A DNA stretch of 64,000 bases from an uncultured Gammaproteobacteria bacterium (GCA_964571255.1 CAZNAA010000001.1:551674-615673); one strand, 5' to 3'. Positions 39,386 through 49,082 are shown, numbered from the stretch's first letter. Notes: generated by a model not told the origin, from the letters alone. Translations and numbers: made by a program.

Positions 39386-40861
39386 TTACTTTAACGGATC
39401 TTTGTATAGTTGGTCTAATAAATTTAGCGCTCTTGCCTGTCCTTTTTCATCTTCTCCCTGAGTGGCAAGTAAGGCAGCCTTAAAAAGGTCCGTAGCGAGA
39501 GCAGCATTAAGACCACTTATAGAACGTTGGAGAAGGACTATACCCATTTCCCTTCGAATATTATCTAAATACATAAAAATAGCGGTCGGATTAAGTGAAG
39601 GGTATACTAGAGATAATATTCCTACTTGTGTTTCCAACTGTGCAAATATATCTCTCTTTGATACATCATCTAATTCCTTAGTAAGCCTCTTTTTTTCTCT
39701 AATAATCACAGGATTACTTTCTAAAATATCTTTTGTTGCATCGAATACTTCTTGAGAAACTGACTCTAGTGTAGTCTCTCCACTTCCCGATTTATCTTTC
39801 AAACCAAGATTTGCTACAGCTTCCCTATCTGTCTCAAACGGAGATCTATACGTACCAGCTTGCTCAGCAGTAGTTATTTTGTCTCTTAATTTACGAATGG
39901 TCTGTTGGGTTTGCTCATCCAATTCCTCAATCTCTCCTTGTGCTATATCATCTCCAGTAAGAATTGCATCAATAATTCCTCGTACGCGTGTATTCTCTTG
40001 GTATTCTTGAGTGGATACACGTAATCGTTGCTCAACTTGTTCTAAAAGCCCTCTATAATCTGCATCTAGGTGTTTTATTGTATCTTCTTGAACCGGTGTA
40101 CCAGCAAGTACTGATTGTAAAGCAATCTGAGAAGCTATTTGGGTATCTAATGATTGATCTGCCTCTTTTTTCACACTTTCTCCAGATACTACGGGTAAAG
40201 ACGCACCGGTAGGATCTTCTAATTTTGTAGAGGTAGTTCCCAATGCTTCACCTCGTTGTCTTTGTCTGTATCTTCTCTCTCTCATTTGTCGATAATAAGA
40301 AAGATTTCCTTCAACATCGCCAACTATTCTCTGCATCTTTGAATCCCTTTTCCCTGCACTTCTTAAGGCACTAAACCCAGCTATAACAGGATCTAAATCT
40401 GTCTCTACACCAGGATTAGGATTTGCTATTACTTCGTCAACTACTTCCAATAATCCCTCTCGGATAAGTCGCAAGTAGGAAAGTGATGTCGGATCAGTAA
40501 TTCCATCAGGGCCAACAATTATTCCTTCATTGTCATCTGCTGTATACGTAAATGTATCCACAACTAATTCATCAAAAGTACCATTTGAAAAATAATCTAT
40601 TATTTGAATAGTGGTAGTTGTAGGATGCTCAGATTCTTCGGGAACTCGAAAACGAACTACCCAGGTAGGAGAACTACCCGTTTCTTGCAAAAAATCAGTC
40701 ATCCTGAAAGCCATCTGAGCTATCCTATTTTGACTCTCTATCTCACTGGCATCCTTGTTTGTAGGTCTGTAGACAAAATCAGTTAGTTTTGCACCAAAAT
40801 GAGTAATATCTGCTCGTAGTCTCTCTTGCGCTACTCCTTGTTCTGATTCTTCAATATTCAT
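39386..40861 (-). CDS. Hypothetical 491-aa acidic, Q/E/R-rich protein (island gene, no recognisable domain)
   Basis: Long ORF with different composition from its neighbours. No Walker or other catalytic motif found. Confidence 0.4.
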   Translation of the reverse strand: MNIEESEQGVAQERLRADITHFGAKLTDFVYRPTNKDASEIESQNRIAQMAFRMTDFLQETGSSPTWVVRFRVPEESEHPTTTTIQIIDYFSNGTFDELVVDTFTYTADDNEGIIVGPDGITDPTSLSYLRLIREGLLEVVDEVIANPNPGVETDLDPVIAGFSALRSAGKRDSKMQRIVGDVEGNLSYYRQMRERRYRQRQRGEALGTTSTKLEDPTGASLPVVSGESVKKEADQSLDTQIASQIALQSVLAGTPVQEDTIKHLDADYRGLLEQVEQRLRVSTQEYQENTRVRGIIDAILTGDDIAQGEIEELDEQTQQTIRKLRDKITTAEQAGTYRSPFETDREAVANLGLKDKSGSGETTLESVSQEVFDATKDILESNPVIIREKKRLTKELDDVSKRDIFAQLETQVGILSLVYPSLNPTAIFMYLDNIRREMGIVLLQRSISGLNAALATDLFKAALLATQGEDEKGQARALNLLDQLYKDPLK

Positions 40862-40926
40862 ACTATAAGCGTATGAAAATACTTACTTCTTGTCAACAAA
40901 AATACAACTATGTACACTACATATGT

Positions 40927-43212
40927 ATGGATAAAGATCGTCCAGCAATAACAACTGCAGCCGATAGAGCAACCCAAGTGGCTCAAGAAGGAGGCCTTGT
41001 ACCTCGTAGTCGTCAACCTCTTCCCACGAATCTGCCTGCTTCTAATGCCACAGAAGGAGATAATGATACTGCAAATACTAGATCAGAACCTATACCTACC
41101 AAAGCTTCCCCTGAACCGAGAGGATTAGGTAGCAACGTAGCTGCTTGGTGGAGCAGAAGAAATAATCAAAGACAAGAAGCAGAACAACCCGAAAGGAGAG
41201 CTCCTAACCCACCACTTCCTGAAGATCCAACTCATACCATAGGAGGGAGTAGATATGTAGACTTAAACGCACCAGCTGGACCTCTTGTAATAGCTGAAAG
41301 AGCTAGAGCACAAGCGGACGTAGATAGAGCATTAGCAGACATACAGGCTCGAGCAGGAACTGTAGAACAACATACAGGAGGAGCAATATATCAACCAGTA
41401 ATACCTGAGACAAGGGACGATCCTCAAGGAGGAGGAAATAATCAAGATAAAGGAAGAAGCACTACTGATAAAATTATACCTTTTCTTGCAGAACATAAAG
41501 GGAAATTCTTTTTTGTAGGAAGTGGTCTCATTTTAGGAGCATTCGCAAGAGCCGCCAATGTAGATCCTGACATTTTGAGAGGCTCTATTCGAATAGCTGC
41601 AGGAGCAGGAGGAGCAATAGGTGCTTCAGGACTAGGAGAATATGTGTCTCATTGGATAAATAGTAAAGCTACTGACGGCTCAAGACTAGATAGACTCTCA
41701 AGAATGAGTGAAAAAGGACTTGGTCGCTTGAGACAAGCATCTATGATGGGTGCATTAGCAGCAGGAGGAGTTGCAACGGAAGAGTTTTTAAGTGATCCTA
41801 ATCGAGCAATAGAGGCATTACAACAAGTTCCAGCTGAGTTAGGAGGAGCTATTGCACATCCTATAGACACTCTTGAAGAAACATGGGACAATTTAACAGA
41901 TGCACTTACCCCAGAAGCACCTACTAAAGTTCCTGCCGCTACTCCTACAGCTCCAGGCGTAACTCCAACCGTTCCAGAAACTCCAACTGTTACAGCGACT
42001 ATTACTCCTGATACCGGATTAACATCTTTAGGAACGCCTACACCATCAGGAACTCCTACTGCAGCCGCTACTCCCACATCAACTGTAACTAGTACACCTA
42101 CTATTATTGCATCTCCTTCACCTTCTGCCACCCCTGGGACTGGAAGTTCTACCCCTAGTACTCTTCCTCCTATTATAGACAACCCACCAGGAGGAGATCC
42201 TGGAACCGGAAGTTCTCTCCCTGGTACTCTTCCTCCTATTGTAGATAACCCACCAGGAGGAGATCCTGGAACTGGGGGGAGTCAAACGCAGATTCAGCCA
42301 GTAAATCATATCGATCCAGATAGAGGATGGAGAGAAAGAGGGCCAGGATTTAGTGATTTACCTGAAAACAAGATAGATATTACTCCTGAATATGATTTCG
42401 TCATCAATGGAAATCGAGTTAAAGGGAATTTGGATACTCTCACCTTTAATGATAATAGATGGGTCATATTCGAAAACGGAGAGAAAAACGTTAATCTCTT
42501 GAAGCAAAACCATGAAATCGAGGGATATCATATAAATCCTACTCGTTTGAAAGAAGAATTATATCCAACGCTTGGGTTATATGGTGATAAGGAACTAATT
42601 CCAGGGAGTTTTGAATATAAACTTTTTCATTTTGCCAACGGAACTGGAACTGAATTCCAAGACATTTTTGAAGATCCAGAGTTTGAAATGGATCTAAAAA
42701 ATAGAGGCATTCTAGAAATAGATAGACCTGATCCTACAACTATTGTGCTAGAAGAACCAGTAATTCCAAATCATGTGGATGTTGATAAAGGATATATAGA
42801 AAAACCATCTGGATATAACGATGATCTTGCAGTTAGCCCTGAAACAGAGCCATATCATAAACAACTTGATGTAATTGCTCCTTATGGAGGAAATAAAATT
42901 ACAGGCTCTATTTTTGATGGAACACTGAAATTTGGTGAAAAAGACTGGATTATTTTTGAAAATGGACAAAGACATATTGAGGAAATAACAACTTTACAAA
43001 ACTTTACTGAACCATATTATATTGATGAGGAAAGATATAAAGAAGAACTAGAAAAGCTTATTGTTCTGTGGTCAAAAGGAGAGTTAAAAAATCCGGAAGA
43101 TCAAAAAGTTTTCTATCTATCCGATGGTGTACCAGGTGAATATGATAAGCTTAAAAGAGATCCTGCAATTATTCAAACACTGAAAGACAGAGGTATTATA
43201 AAAACTAGGTAA
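40927..43212 (+). CDS. Large membrane-anchored protein (about 760 aa): Pro-rich cytoplasmic N-terminus, Gly-zipper TM segments, extracellular PT linker, 2x22-aa tandem repeat, duplicated C-terminal WxIFENG-containing domain
   Basis: Start at second M (ICMDKD) preferred, giving 762 aa (the ORF-track start at 40873 gives 779 aa). FFFVGSGLILGAFARAANV and IRIAAGAGGAIGASGLG hydrophobic segments. PTxPT linker. Repeats PGTGSS(T/L)P(S/G)TLPPI(I/V)DNPPGGD x2. NRWVIFENGEKN... and KDWIIFENGQRH... duplicated modules. Confidence 0.5.
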   Translation: MDKDRPAITTAADRATQVAQEGGLVPRSRQPLPTNLPASNATEGDNDTANTRSEPIPTKASPEPRGLGSNVAAWWSRRNNQRQEAEQPERRAPNPPLPEDPTHTIGGSRYVDLNAPAGPLVIAERARAQADVDRALADIQARAGTVEQHTGGAIYQPVIPETRDDPQGGGNNQDKGRSTTDKIIPFLAEHKGKFFFVGSGLILGAFARAANVDPDILRGSIRIAAGAGGAIGASGLGEYVSHWINSKATDGSRLDRLSRMSEKGLGRLRQASMMGALAAGGVATEEFLSDPNRAIEALQQVPAELGGAIAHPIDTLEETWDNLTDALTPEAPTKVPAATPTAPGVTPTVPETPTVTATITPDTGLTSLGTPTPSGTPTAAATPTSTVTSTPTIIASPSPSATPGTGSSTPSTLPPIIDNPPGGDPGTGSSLPGTLPPIVDNPPGGDPGTGGSQTQIQPVNHIDPDRGWRERGPGFSDLPENKIDITPEYDFVINGNRVKGNLDTLTFNDNRWVIFENGEKNVNLLKQNHEIEGYHINPTRLKEELYPTLGLYGDKELIPGSFEYKLFHFANGTGTEFQDIFEDPEFEMDLKNRGILEIDRPDPTTIVLEEPVIPNHVDVDKGYIEKPSGYNDDLAVSPETEPYHKQLDVIAPYGGNKITGSIFDGTLKFGEKDWIIFENGQRHIEEITTLQNFTEPYYIDEERYKEELEKLIVLWSKGELKNPEDQKVFYLSDGVPGEYDKLKRDPAIIQTLKDRGIIKTR
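42133..42279 (+). repeat. 66-nt in-frame tandem repeat (2 full copies plus a partial third)
   Basis: cctggga/accggaagttct...cttcctcctatt(a/g)tagacaacccaccaggaggagat repeated at 42133-42198 and 42199-42264, with a partial copy to 42279. Confidence 0.8.
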
Positions 43213-43215
43213 CTT

Positions 43216-43530
43216 ATGCAACAAGACGTCTTTACTCAATTTATTACTAAGCTAAAAGAAGAAAAAAGTGAAGAACAAATCACGAAACTTTTGGCTGCTT
43301 TGTATCAATTTCAGGCAGAAGCATTGTATGAAATTATGCTTGAGGTATTAACTGATCAGGATTTTCAAGCAATTGAAAAGATTGAAGATGACGATGAAGC
43401 AGAGCAAGAGATAAACAGATTATTTAAAGAAAGAACTCAACTGACTCCTCAAGAGTTTGTCGTTAAGCTTCGAGATACGCTTTCTCAAACCTATTTAGAT
43501 AATCAACCTCCGAAAAAATCTACAGCTTAA
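43216..43530 (+). CDS. Small acidic helical protein (104 aa), translationally coupled to the large upstream gene
   Basis: ATG 3 nt after the upstream TAA. D/E-rich (EKIEDDDEAEQEINRLF). Confidence 0.4.
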   Translation: MQQDVFTQFITKLKEEKSEEQITKLLAALYQFQAEALYEIMLEVLTDQDFQAIEKIEDDDEAEQEINRLFKERTQLTPQEFVVKLRDTLSQTYLDNQPPKKSTA

Positions 43531-43572
43531 CTCCTCTGAAAAGAACAAAAATTGATATGCTACTATATTTTA

Positions 43573-44298
43573 TTAAGATACTGGTTTTTTGGTAATAAAA
43601 TCCCAAGAGGGCCCAATGTATACATCGCCTATTGTTACCTGAACAGGATCTTTTGCAAGTGTATGACGAAGGTTAATAAGCTCTCTTATATAATTTTCTC
43701 GAGTAGCGGGATCGAGTTGAGAGGGTAGTTCAACAATACGACCTAGTGTCATATGTAATATGTGTATAGGCAAAGGCCTCATACCAATTGCTTCATATTT
43801 TTCCGATAAATTTCTTCTTACCTCTACAATTTGCTCGGGTATGACATCTGCTGCTACCGTTACGTTACTTTGCGTTTCTTGACCACTTTTACTCTGACCT
43901 ACTAACAAATACTTATACACCAGCTCCGTACCTGCAAGTGCACCTATCAAATCTTGGGCAGAAAGATCTGTTGTAAGATCTGTGAAATCCGATTGCATTG
44001 TTTCTTTATCACCTTCTGGATATTCGCCTTCTTGAAGAGTTGTGTGCAACCCAATATCTCGACCAGCTAAAAGAAATTCTATGCCATATCTGCTTGCAAC
44101 TTGGGCCATAGATTCTATAAGCCTTTCTTGTACTTTAGCCGTGGAGACTGCATCAGGAATACCAAACACACTGAATCGTCTTTGGAAACGCTCAGGAAAT
44201 TCACTAAATCTTTGTATTTGTTCTGTTCTGAAAGCACGTCTTCCTCCACTATTTAATGAGGCAAGTTCTCTTAATAATGAAGGGTTTTCTACTGTCAT
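43573..44298 (-). CDS. 2H phosphoesterase superfamily protein (LigT/2',5'-RNA ligase/cyclic phosphodiesterase-like)
   Basis: Two H-x-T-x motifs about 90 residues apart: GLHTTLQEG and ILHMTLGRI. Confidence 0.5.
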   Translation of the reverse strand: MTVENPSLLRELASLNSGGRRAFRTEQIQRFSEFPERFQRRFSVFGIPDAVSTAKVQERLIESMAQVASRYGIEFLLAGRDIGLHTTLQEGEYPEGDKETMQSDFTDLTTDLSAQDLIGALAGTELVYKYLLVGQSKSGQETQSNVTVAADVIPEQIVEVRRNLSEKYEAIGMRPLPIHILHMTLGRIVELPSQLDPATRENYIRELINLRHTLAKDPVQVTIGDVYIGPSWDFITKKPVS

Positions 44299-44372
44299 AC
44301 CGGGATTATAGCATTAGGAGGAGATTATTGTCATTTTAAGAAAGATTCAGGTAATGACACTTTTCCCATTAT

Positions 44373-44401
44373 TTGACATTTTGTCAACTTCGTACTTAAA
44401 T
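44373..44401 (+). promoter_or_regulatory. Promoter-like element with a perfect palindrome TTGACAtttTGTCAA upstream of the HNH gene
   Basis: TTGACA (44373-44378), 17-nt spacer, TTAAAT, then 8 nt to the ATG with no SD. The 6-3-6 inverted repeat overlaps the -35. Confidence 0.35.
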
Positions 44402-44409
44402 AAAGATAT

Positions 44410-45024
44410 ATGACTCGTACCAGAGGTAAGAGATTTAAAAGAGATTACTCTAATAAAGATCTTATTGACTACCTAAATAGTATCTATAAAGAACTAGGTC
44501 GATCCCCAACATCTAGAGACCTACAACAATTTCCAGGACCTGCACCTCGAACAATAATAAGAAGATTCGAAAGTTGGACCAAGGCATTAAAAAAGGCCAA
44601 TATTCGACCACAAACTCATCAAATATTACCAAAAGAAGGAACATTTATTAGAAGAAACTGGAAACAGATGACTGATGAACAGATATCCCATACTTTAGGT
44701 ATTAGTATTCATATTATTAAATATTATCGTATGAATTTGGATTTATGGAAAAATAGAAAAGGCACAGCAAGAGCAACTTTCAGAAAAAAAGCATTTAATA
44801 TATATGGTAAAAACTGTGAATCATGTAATCTATCTATCTGTGAATGGCATCATATCATTCCTAAATCAACTGATCCACAAAGTTGGTGTATTTTATGTCC
44901 AACATGTCACGCAGTTATTACTCGCAAACTAATTAGTATAAATTCCAGAGAGGAGATAAAGAGCAAACTGAAACCTTTTATTAAGAATCTTTATCAGATG
45001 ATTAATTTTGGATCCGATGTTTAG
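44410..45024 (+). CDS. Free-standing HNH (homing-type) endonuclease
   Basis: C-terminal HNH/Zn motif CESCNLSICEWHHIIPKSTDPQSWCILCPTCHAVI. N-terminal RRFESWTKAL motif seen in phage/homing HNH proteins. 3' end overlaps the secA stop by 23 nt (convergent). Confidence 0.7.
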   Translation: MTRTRGKRFKRDYSNKDLIDYLNSIYKELGRSPTSRDLQQFPGPAPRTIIRRFESWTKALKKANIRPQTHQILPKEGTFIRRNWKQMTDEQISHTLGISIHIIKYYRMNLDLWKNRKGTARATFRKKAFNIYGKNCESCNLSICEWHHIIPKSTDPQSWCILCPTCHAVITRKLISINSREEIKSKLKPFIKNLYQMINFGSDV

Positions 45025-47716
45025 GAGAGTTTATCAATCCACACTTCTTCCATTTAATTCCACTCCCACAGGGGCAAAGGTCATTTCTTCCTAGTTTTTT
45101 ATGTCCTTCTCTCTCACTGGATGAAGCACTAAGGGCTTTTTTTTGTTTTTTCTTCCCTGTATCACTCACTTCACTTTCTGGAGTATTAGTCATAATGTTT
45201 TGTGGAGTATGGGTATGAGGAGTAGCAACATGGACTTTAAAGATTTGATGAATAACATCATCCTCAATTGAGAAAATAAGTTGCTCAAACATCCTAAATC
45301 CTTCATTCTTGTATTCAACTAAAGGCTCTTTTTGTGCATAGGCCCGCAGTCCCACTCCAGATCTTAAGTTTTCCATTGCATCCAGATGACTCATCCAATA
45401 CTTATCAATAACGGAGAGAATTACAAATCTCTCAGCTTGTCTCATGACGTCCTCTCCTAATTCTTTCTCCTTCATCTCATACGTTTTAAGGGTTACATCA
45501 ACTAATAAATCTTCTTTCTCTTTATTGATTTGTAGTGCACTTAATTGGGTAATGAGTTGTTTTTGTGACGCTTCATCAAAAGGAATAATGGTCACAAACT
45601 CTTTCATTAATGCATCATCTGCTGATACGTTTTCTGTAATTGTGGTTACATCAATTGCCCGATTGGCAAGAAGTGAGATATGTGAGCTAAACCACGAAAG
45701 AACTTTTTCTTTTGTATCTTTTCCCTCAAGAGCTTGACGACGGAGTGAATAAATAATCTCTCGTTGTTTGTTCAAAACGTCATCATATTCAACAGTGTAT
45801 TTTCGATAATCAAAATAGTGTTTTTCTACCTTTATTTGTGCATTTTCAATTGCTTTTGAAACCAATGGGTGCTCCAGGGGAACATCCTCTGGCATATTAA
45901 ACCTCCCCATAATCCCAGCAATTCGGTCTCCTCCAAATAGACGCATGATTTCATCATCAAGTGAAACAAAGAAACGAGACTTTCCTGGATCTCCTTGTCG
46001 TCCTGCTCGACCTCGTAATTGATTATCAATTCGACGAGACTCATGCCTTTCTGTTCCAATAACATAGAGTCCTCCTGCAGTAAGGACTTCATCATGTGAC
46101 TTTTTCCAATTCTTCCACTCTTTAGAAGAGGTATCAGTTGTTCCGTCTTCTTGTTTTGGTGGTTCTCCTCCGAGAATAATATCAACGCCTCTTCCTGCCA
46201 TGTTGGTGGCAATCGTTACTGCTCCAATTCGTCCAGCATCTGCAATAATCTGTGCTTCTTTAGCGTGATTTTTTGCATTCAGAACAACATGGGGAACTTT
46301 TCGTCTTTTGAGAAGCTCTGAAAGAATCTCATTTTTATCAATTGAGGTTGTTCCAACCAGTACCGGTTGACCCGTTTTATGAACATTTTGAATCTCCTCA
46401 ACTACTGCTGTGTATTTAGCCCGAGACGTTTTATATACAGCATCAGACATATCATCTCGAACAATTGGATTGTGCGTTGGGATAACGACTACTTCTAATT
46501 TATAGATTTTGTAAAACTCTTCTGCTTCCGTAACAGCAGTCCCTGTCATTCCCGCAAGACGCTCATACATTCTGAAGTAATTTTGAAGAGAAACCGTTGC
46601 TAAAGTTTTTGATTCTCTTTGAATAGTCACTTTTTCTTTGGCCTCTAGAGCTTGATGAATTCCTTCTGACACACGAACTCCTGGACGAAGTCTCCCAGTG
46701 AATTCATCAACTAAAATAACTTGACTTTCCCTGACAATATATTCTTTTTCCCTGTGATACAGAGTGCGGGCCTTAAGTGCTGCTTCTAAATGGTATACCG
46801 TATCAAAATCAGTTTCATAAATATTATCTACTCCGTATAGTTTCTCTATTTTTCCAATTCCATGATCTGTCAAATGAGCTGTTCGCATTTTCTCGTCCAC
46901 CTTATAATCAACCTCCGGAGTTAATTTCTCAACTAACGTAGCGTATTCATAGTATTTGGAAGAAGGTTCTGAATCTGGTGCTGAGATGATATGAGGAGTA
47001 CGGGCTTCATCAATAAGAACTGAGTCTACTTCGTCAACAATAGCAAAGTAATGATCTCTCTGGACTACTTGTTCCATGTTTTGAGCCATGTTGTCTCGAA
47101 GATAGTCAAAACCATATTCTGAATTAATTCCGTAGAGAATATCTGCCTGGTATGCTTCTTTTCTACTAATTGGACGAAGATGTTTTAACCGATAATCCGT
47201 TACTCCTTCTTCTCTATAGGTTGGATCAAATAAAAATTGCTGCTCATTAATAATGGATGCCACCCTTAGTCCTAATAATTGAAATACTGGTCCCATCCAT
47301 CCAGCGTCTCTTCTAGCTAAGTAATCATTAACGGTTACTAAATGCACACCTTTTCCAGTTAAAGAATGAAGAAAAAGAGCAGGAATAGCAGAAAGAGTTT
47401 TCCCTTCTCCTGTCTTTTGTTCTGAGATTTTTCCTTGAGAAAGAACAATCGCAGACATCATCTGGACATCATGAGCACGAAGCCCAATAGTTCTTTTCGC
47501 TGCTTCTCTAATAAGAGCAAATGCTTCAACTCGCAAATCATCAATCGTCTCTTTTCCTTCAAGTCGTTTTTTAAACTCAACTACTTTTTTAGGAAAATCC
47601 GTGTCTTTCAGTTTTTGATATTCTTTTTCTTTTTGCTCAATTGCAGTAACGAGAGGTTTTAATTTATCAATTTCTTTATTATTAGTATTGAAAAAACGTG
47701 ACAACAGAGGAATCAT
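45002..47716 (-). CDS. secA: Preprotein translocase ATPase SecA
   Basis: 904 aa. DEAD-like motor motifs. C-terminal zinc finger CPCGSGIKWKKCG. Confidence 0.9.
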   Translation of the reverse strand: MIPLLSRFFNTNNKEIDKLKPLVTAIEQKEKEYQKLKDTDFPKKVVEFKKRLEGKETIDDLRVEAFALIREAAKRTIGLRAHDVQMMSAIVLSQGKISEQKTGEGKTLSAIPALFLHSLTGKGVHLVTVNDYLARRDAGWMGPVFQLLGLRVASIINEQQFLFDPTYREEGVTDYRLKHLRPISRKEAYQADILYGINSEYGFDYLRDNMAQNMEQVVQRDHYFAIVDEVDSVLIDEARTPHIISAPDSEPSSKYYEYATLVEKLTPEVDYKVDEKMRTAHLTDHGIGKIEKLYGVDNIYETDFDTVYHLEAALKARTLYHREKEYIVRESQVILVDEFTGRLRPGVRVSEGIHQALEAKEKVTIQRESKTLATVSLQNYFRMYERLAGMTGTAVTEAEEFYKIYKLEVVVIPTHNPIVRDDMSDAVYKTSRAKYTAVVEEIQNVHKTGQPVLVGTTSIDKNEILSELLKRRKVPHVVLNAKNHAKEAQIIADAGRIGAVTIATNMAGRGVDIILGGEPPKQEDGTTDTSSKEWKNWKKSHDEVLTAGGLYVIGTERHESRRIDNQLRGRAGRQGDPGKSRFFVSLDDEIMRLFGGDRIAGIMGRFNMPEDVPLEHPLVSKAIENAQIKVEKHYFDYRKYTVEYDDVLNKQREIIYSLRRQALEGKDTKEKVLSWFSSHISLLANRAIDVTTITENVSADDALMKEFVTIIPFDEASQKQLITQLSALQINKEKEDLLVDVTLKTYEMKEKELGEDVMRQAERFVILSVIDKYWMSHLDAMENLRSGVGLRAYAQKEPLVEYKNEGFRMFEQLIFSIEDDVIHQIFKVHVATPHTHTPQNIMTNTPESEVSDTGKKKQKKALSASSSEREGHKKLGRNDLCPCGSGIKWKKCGLINSPKHRIQN

Positions 47717-47765
47717 GTGTACTCTATTCTAGCATAAAAAAGGCATAGACAGAAGAGGGTGCAGC

Positions 47766-49082
47766 TTACTTTGGAGAGATAACATCCTTACCTAAGTAGG
47801 ATTTTAATACGTCTGGAATACGTACTGTTCCATCAGCTTGTTGATAGTTATCTAAAATTGCAATAATCATTCTTCCCATAGCAACTCCTGTGTCATTGAC
47901 CGTATGAGCATATTCTTTTTCCTGCTCTTTCGTTTTGTAACGAATATTGAGTCTTCTTGCTTGATAGTCAGTTGCGTTGGTATCTGTCATTACTTCCATG
48001 TATTCTTTCTGTGTTGGGAGCCAGACTTCAACATCATATTGTTTATAAGTTGCTAAATATCCACAGTCTCCTTTGCATTTATTAATGACTCTATAGGGAA
48101 GTTTCAATTCTTGCAGCATCCATTCATTAATCCCCAAAAGCTCGGCCATCATTTCCTCAGATTGTTCTTTACTACACACTACATCCATCTCTAACTTATC
48201 AAACTGATGGACTCTTTTAATTCCCCGAACATCTTTCCCCCAAGATCCAACTTCTGATCTGAAACAAGGAGTTAAGGCAAACATTTTATATGGAAGTGCT
48301 GCTGCTTCATAAGTTCTGTCCATATGATAGCCAAAAAGAGAAGGTTCACTAGATCCAACTAAGAAAAGATCTGTTCCTTCCTCAACGTTATTCGATTCAA
48401 TTTTATACACTTGATCGCGTCCTTCAGGAAAATGACTTGTCCCAAAAAGAACTTGCTCTTTGACTAAAAGTGGAGGGATCATCGGGACAAAGCCTTTTTC
48501 AAGTAACTTTTTTGAAAGAAGTTGAAAAAGAGCATACTGAAGAAGTACTGCTTCATTTTTCAAATAGACAAATCGAGACCCAGAAGTAAGCGCACTTTGT
48601 TTAGTATCAATAAGATCTAAAGCTTCTCCTAACTCCACATGATGTTGGCCTTCTCGTACAGGCATATGTGGTTCTGAGGTATTTCCAATTCCTATTTTGT
48701 CTTCAGTAAGGTAGCCAGTTTCTGGAAGCCATACTTTCAACTCAATATTGTCTGGTTCTCCTTTTCCTTCTGGCATATCAGGAGAGGAAAGGTTTGGAAC
48801 CCAAGAAAGAAGTTTATGAATTTCTTCTTGCACTGTTTTTATTTCCTCTTCAATAGTTTTTATTTCCTGTCCAAGTCCTCTGAGTCTCTCAATTTCCTCA
48901 GGTGTTGGCTTTTGTTTTGACGAAGTATTCAGTTCTGCCCGTTTGGCATCAAGTGTTGTTTGGAATTCTTTCCTTTTATCATCAAGAAAGAGCAGAGCAT
49001 CAATATCAACGACTGCTTTTCTTTTCAGGGTATTTTCTTTAACGAGATCTTTATTTTCGCGAATAAATTTAATATCTAACAT
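47766..49082 (-). CDS. serS: Serine--tRNA ligase
   Basis: N-terminal coiled-coil arm (MLDIKFIRENKDLVKE...) plus a class II core. 438 aa. Confidence 0.85.
   Translation of the reverse strand: MLDIKFIRENKDLVKENTLKRKAVVDIDALLFLDDKRKEFQTTLDAKRAELNTSSKQKPTPEEIERLRGLGQEIKTIEEEIKTVQEEIHKLLSWVPNLSSPDMPEGKGEPDNIELKVWLPETGYLTEDKIGIGNTSEPHMPVREGQHHVELGEALDLIDTKQSALTSGSRFVYLKNEAVLLQYALFQLLSKKLLEKGFVPMIPPLLVKEQVLFGTSHFPEGRDQVYKIESNNVEEGTDLFLVGSSEPSLFGYHMDRTYEAAALPYKMFALTPCFRSEVGSWGKDVRGIKRVHQFDKLEMDVVCSKEQSEEMMAELLGINEWMLQELKLPYRVINKCKGDCGYLATYKQYDVEVWLPTQKEYMEVMTDTNATDYQARRLNIRYKTKEQEKEYAHTVNDTGVAMGRMIIAILDNYQQADGTVRIPDVLKSYLGKDVISPK

Noticed and set aside
41649-42182. 177-aa Gly/Val-rich ORF antisense to the PT linker of the large island gene
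   Set aside because: An artefact of the PT-repeat coding sequence on the opposite strand.
42133-42279. Possible CRISPR-like short repeat array
   Set aside because: The repeats are directly adjacent with no spacers, in-frame, and encode identical peptide repeats. No cas genes anywhere in the window.
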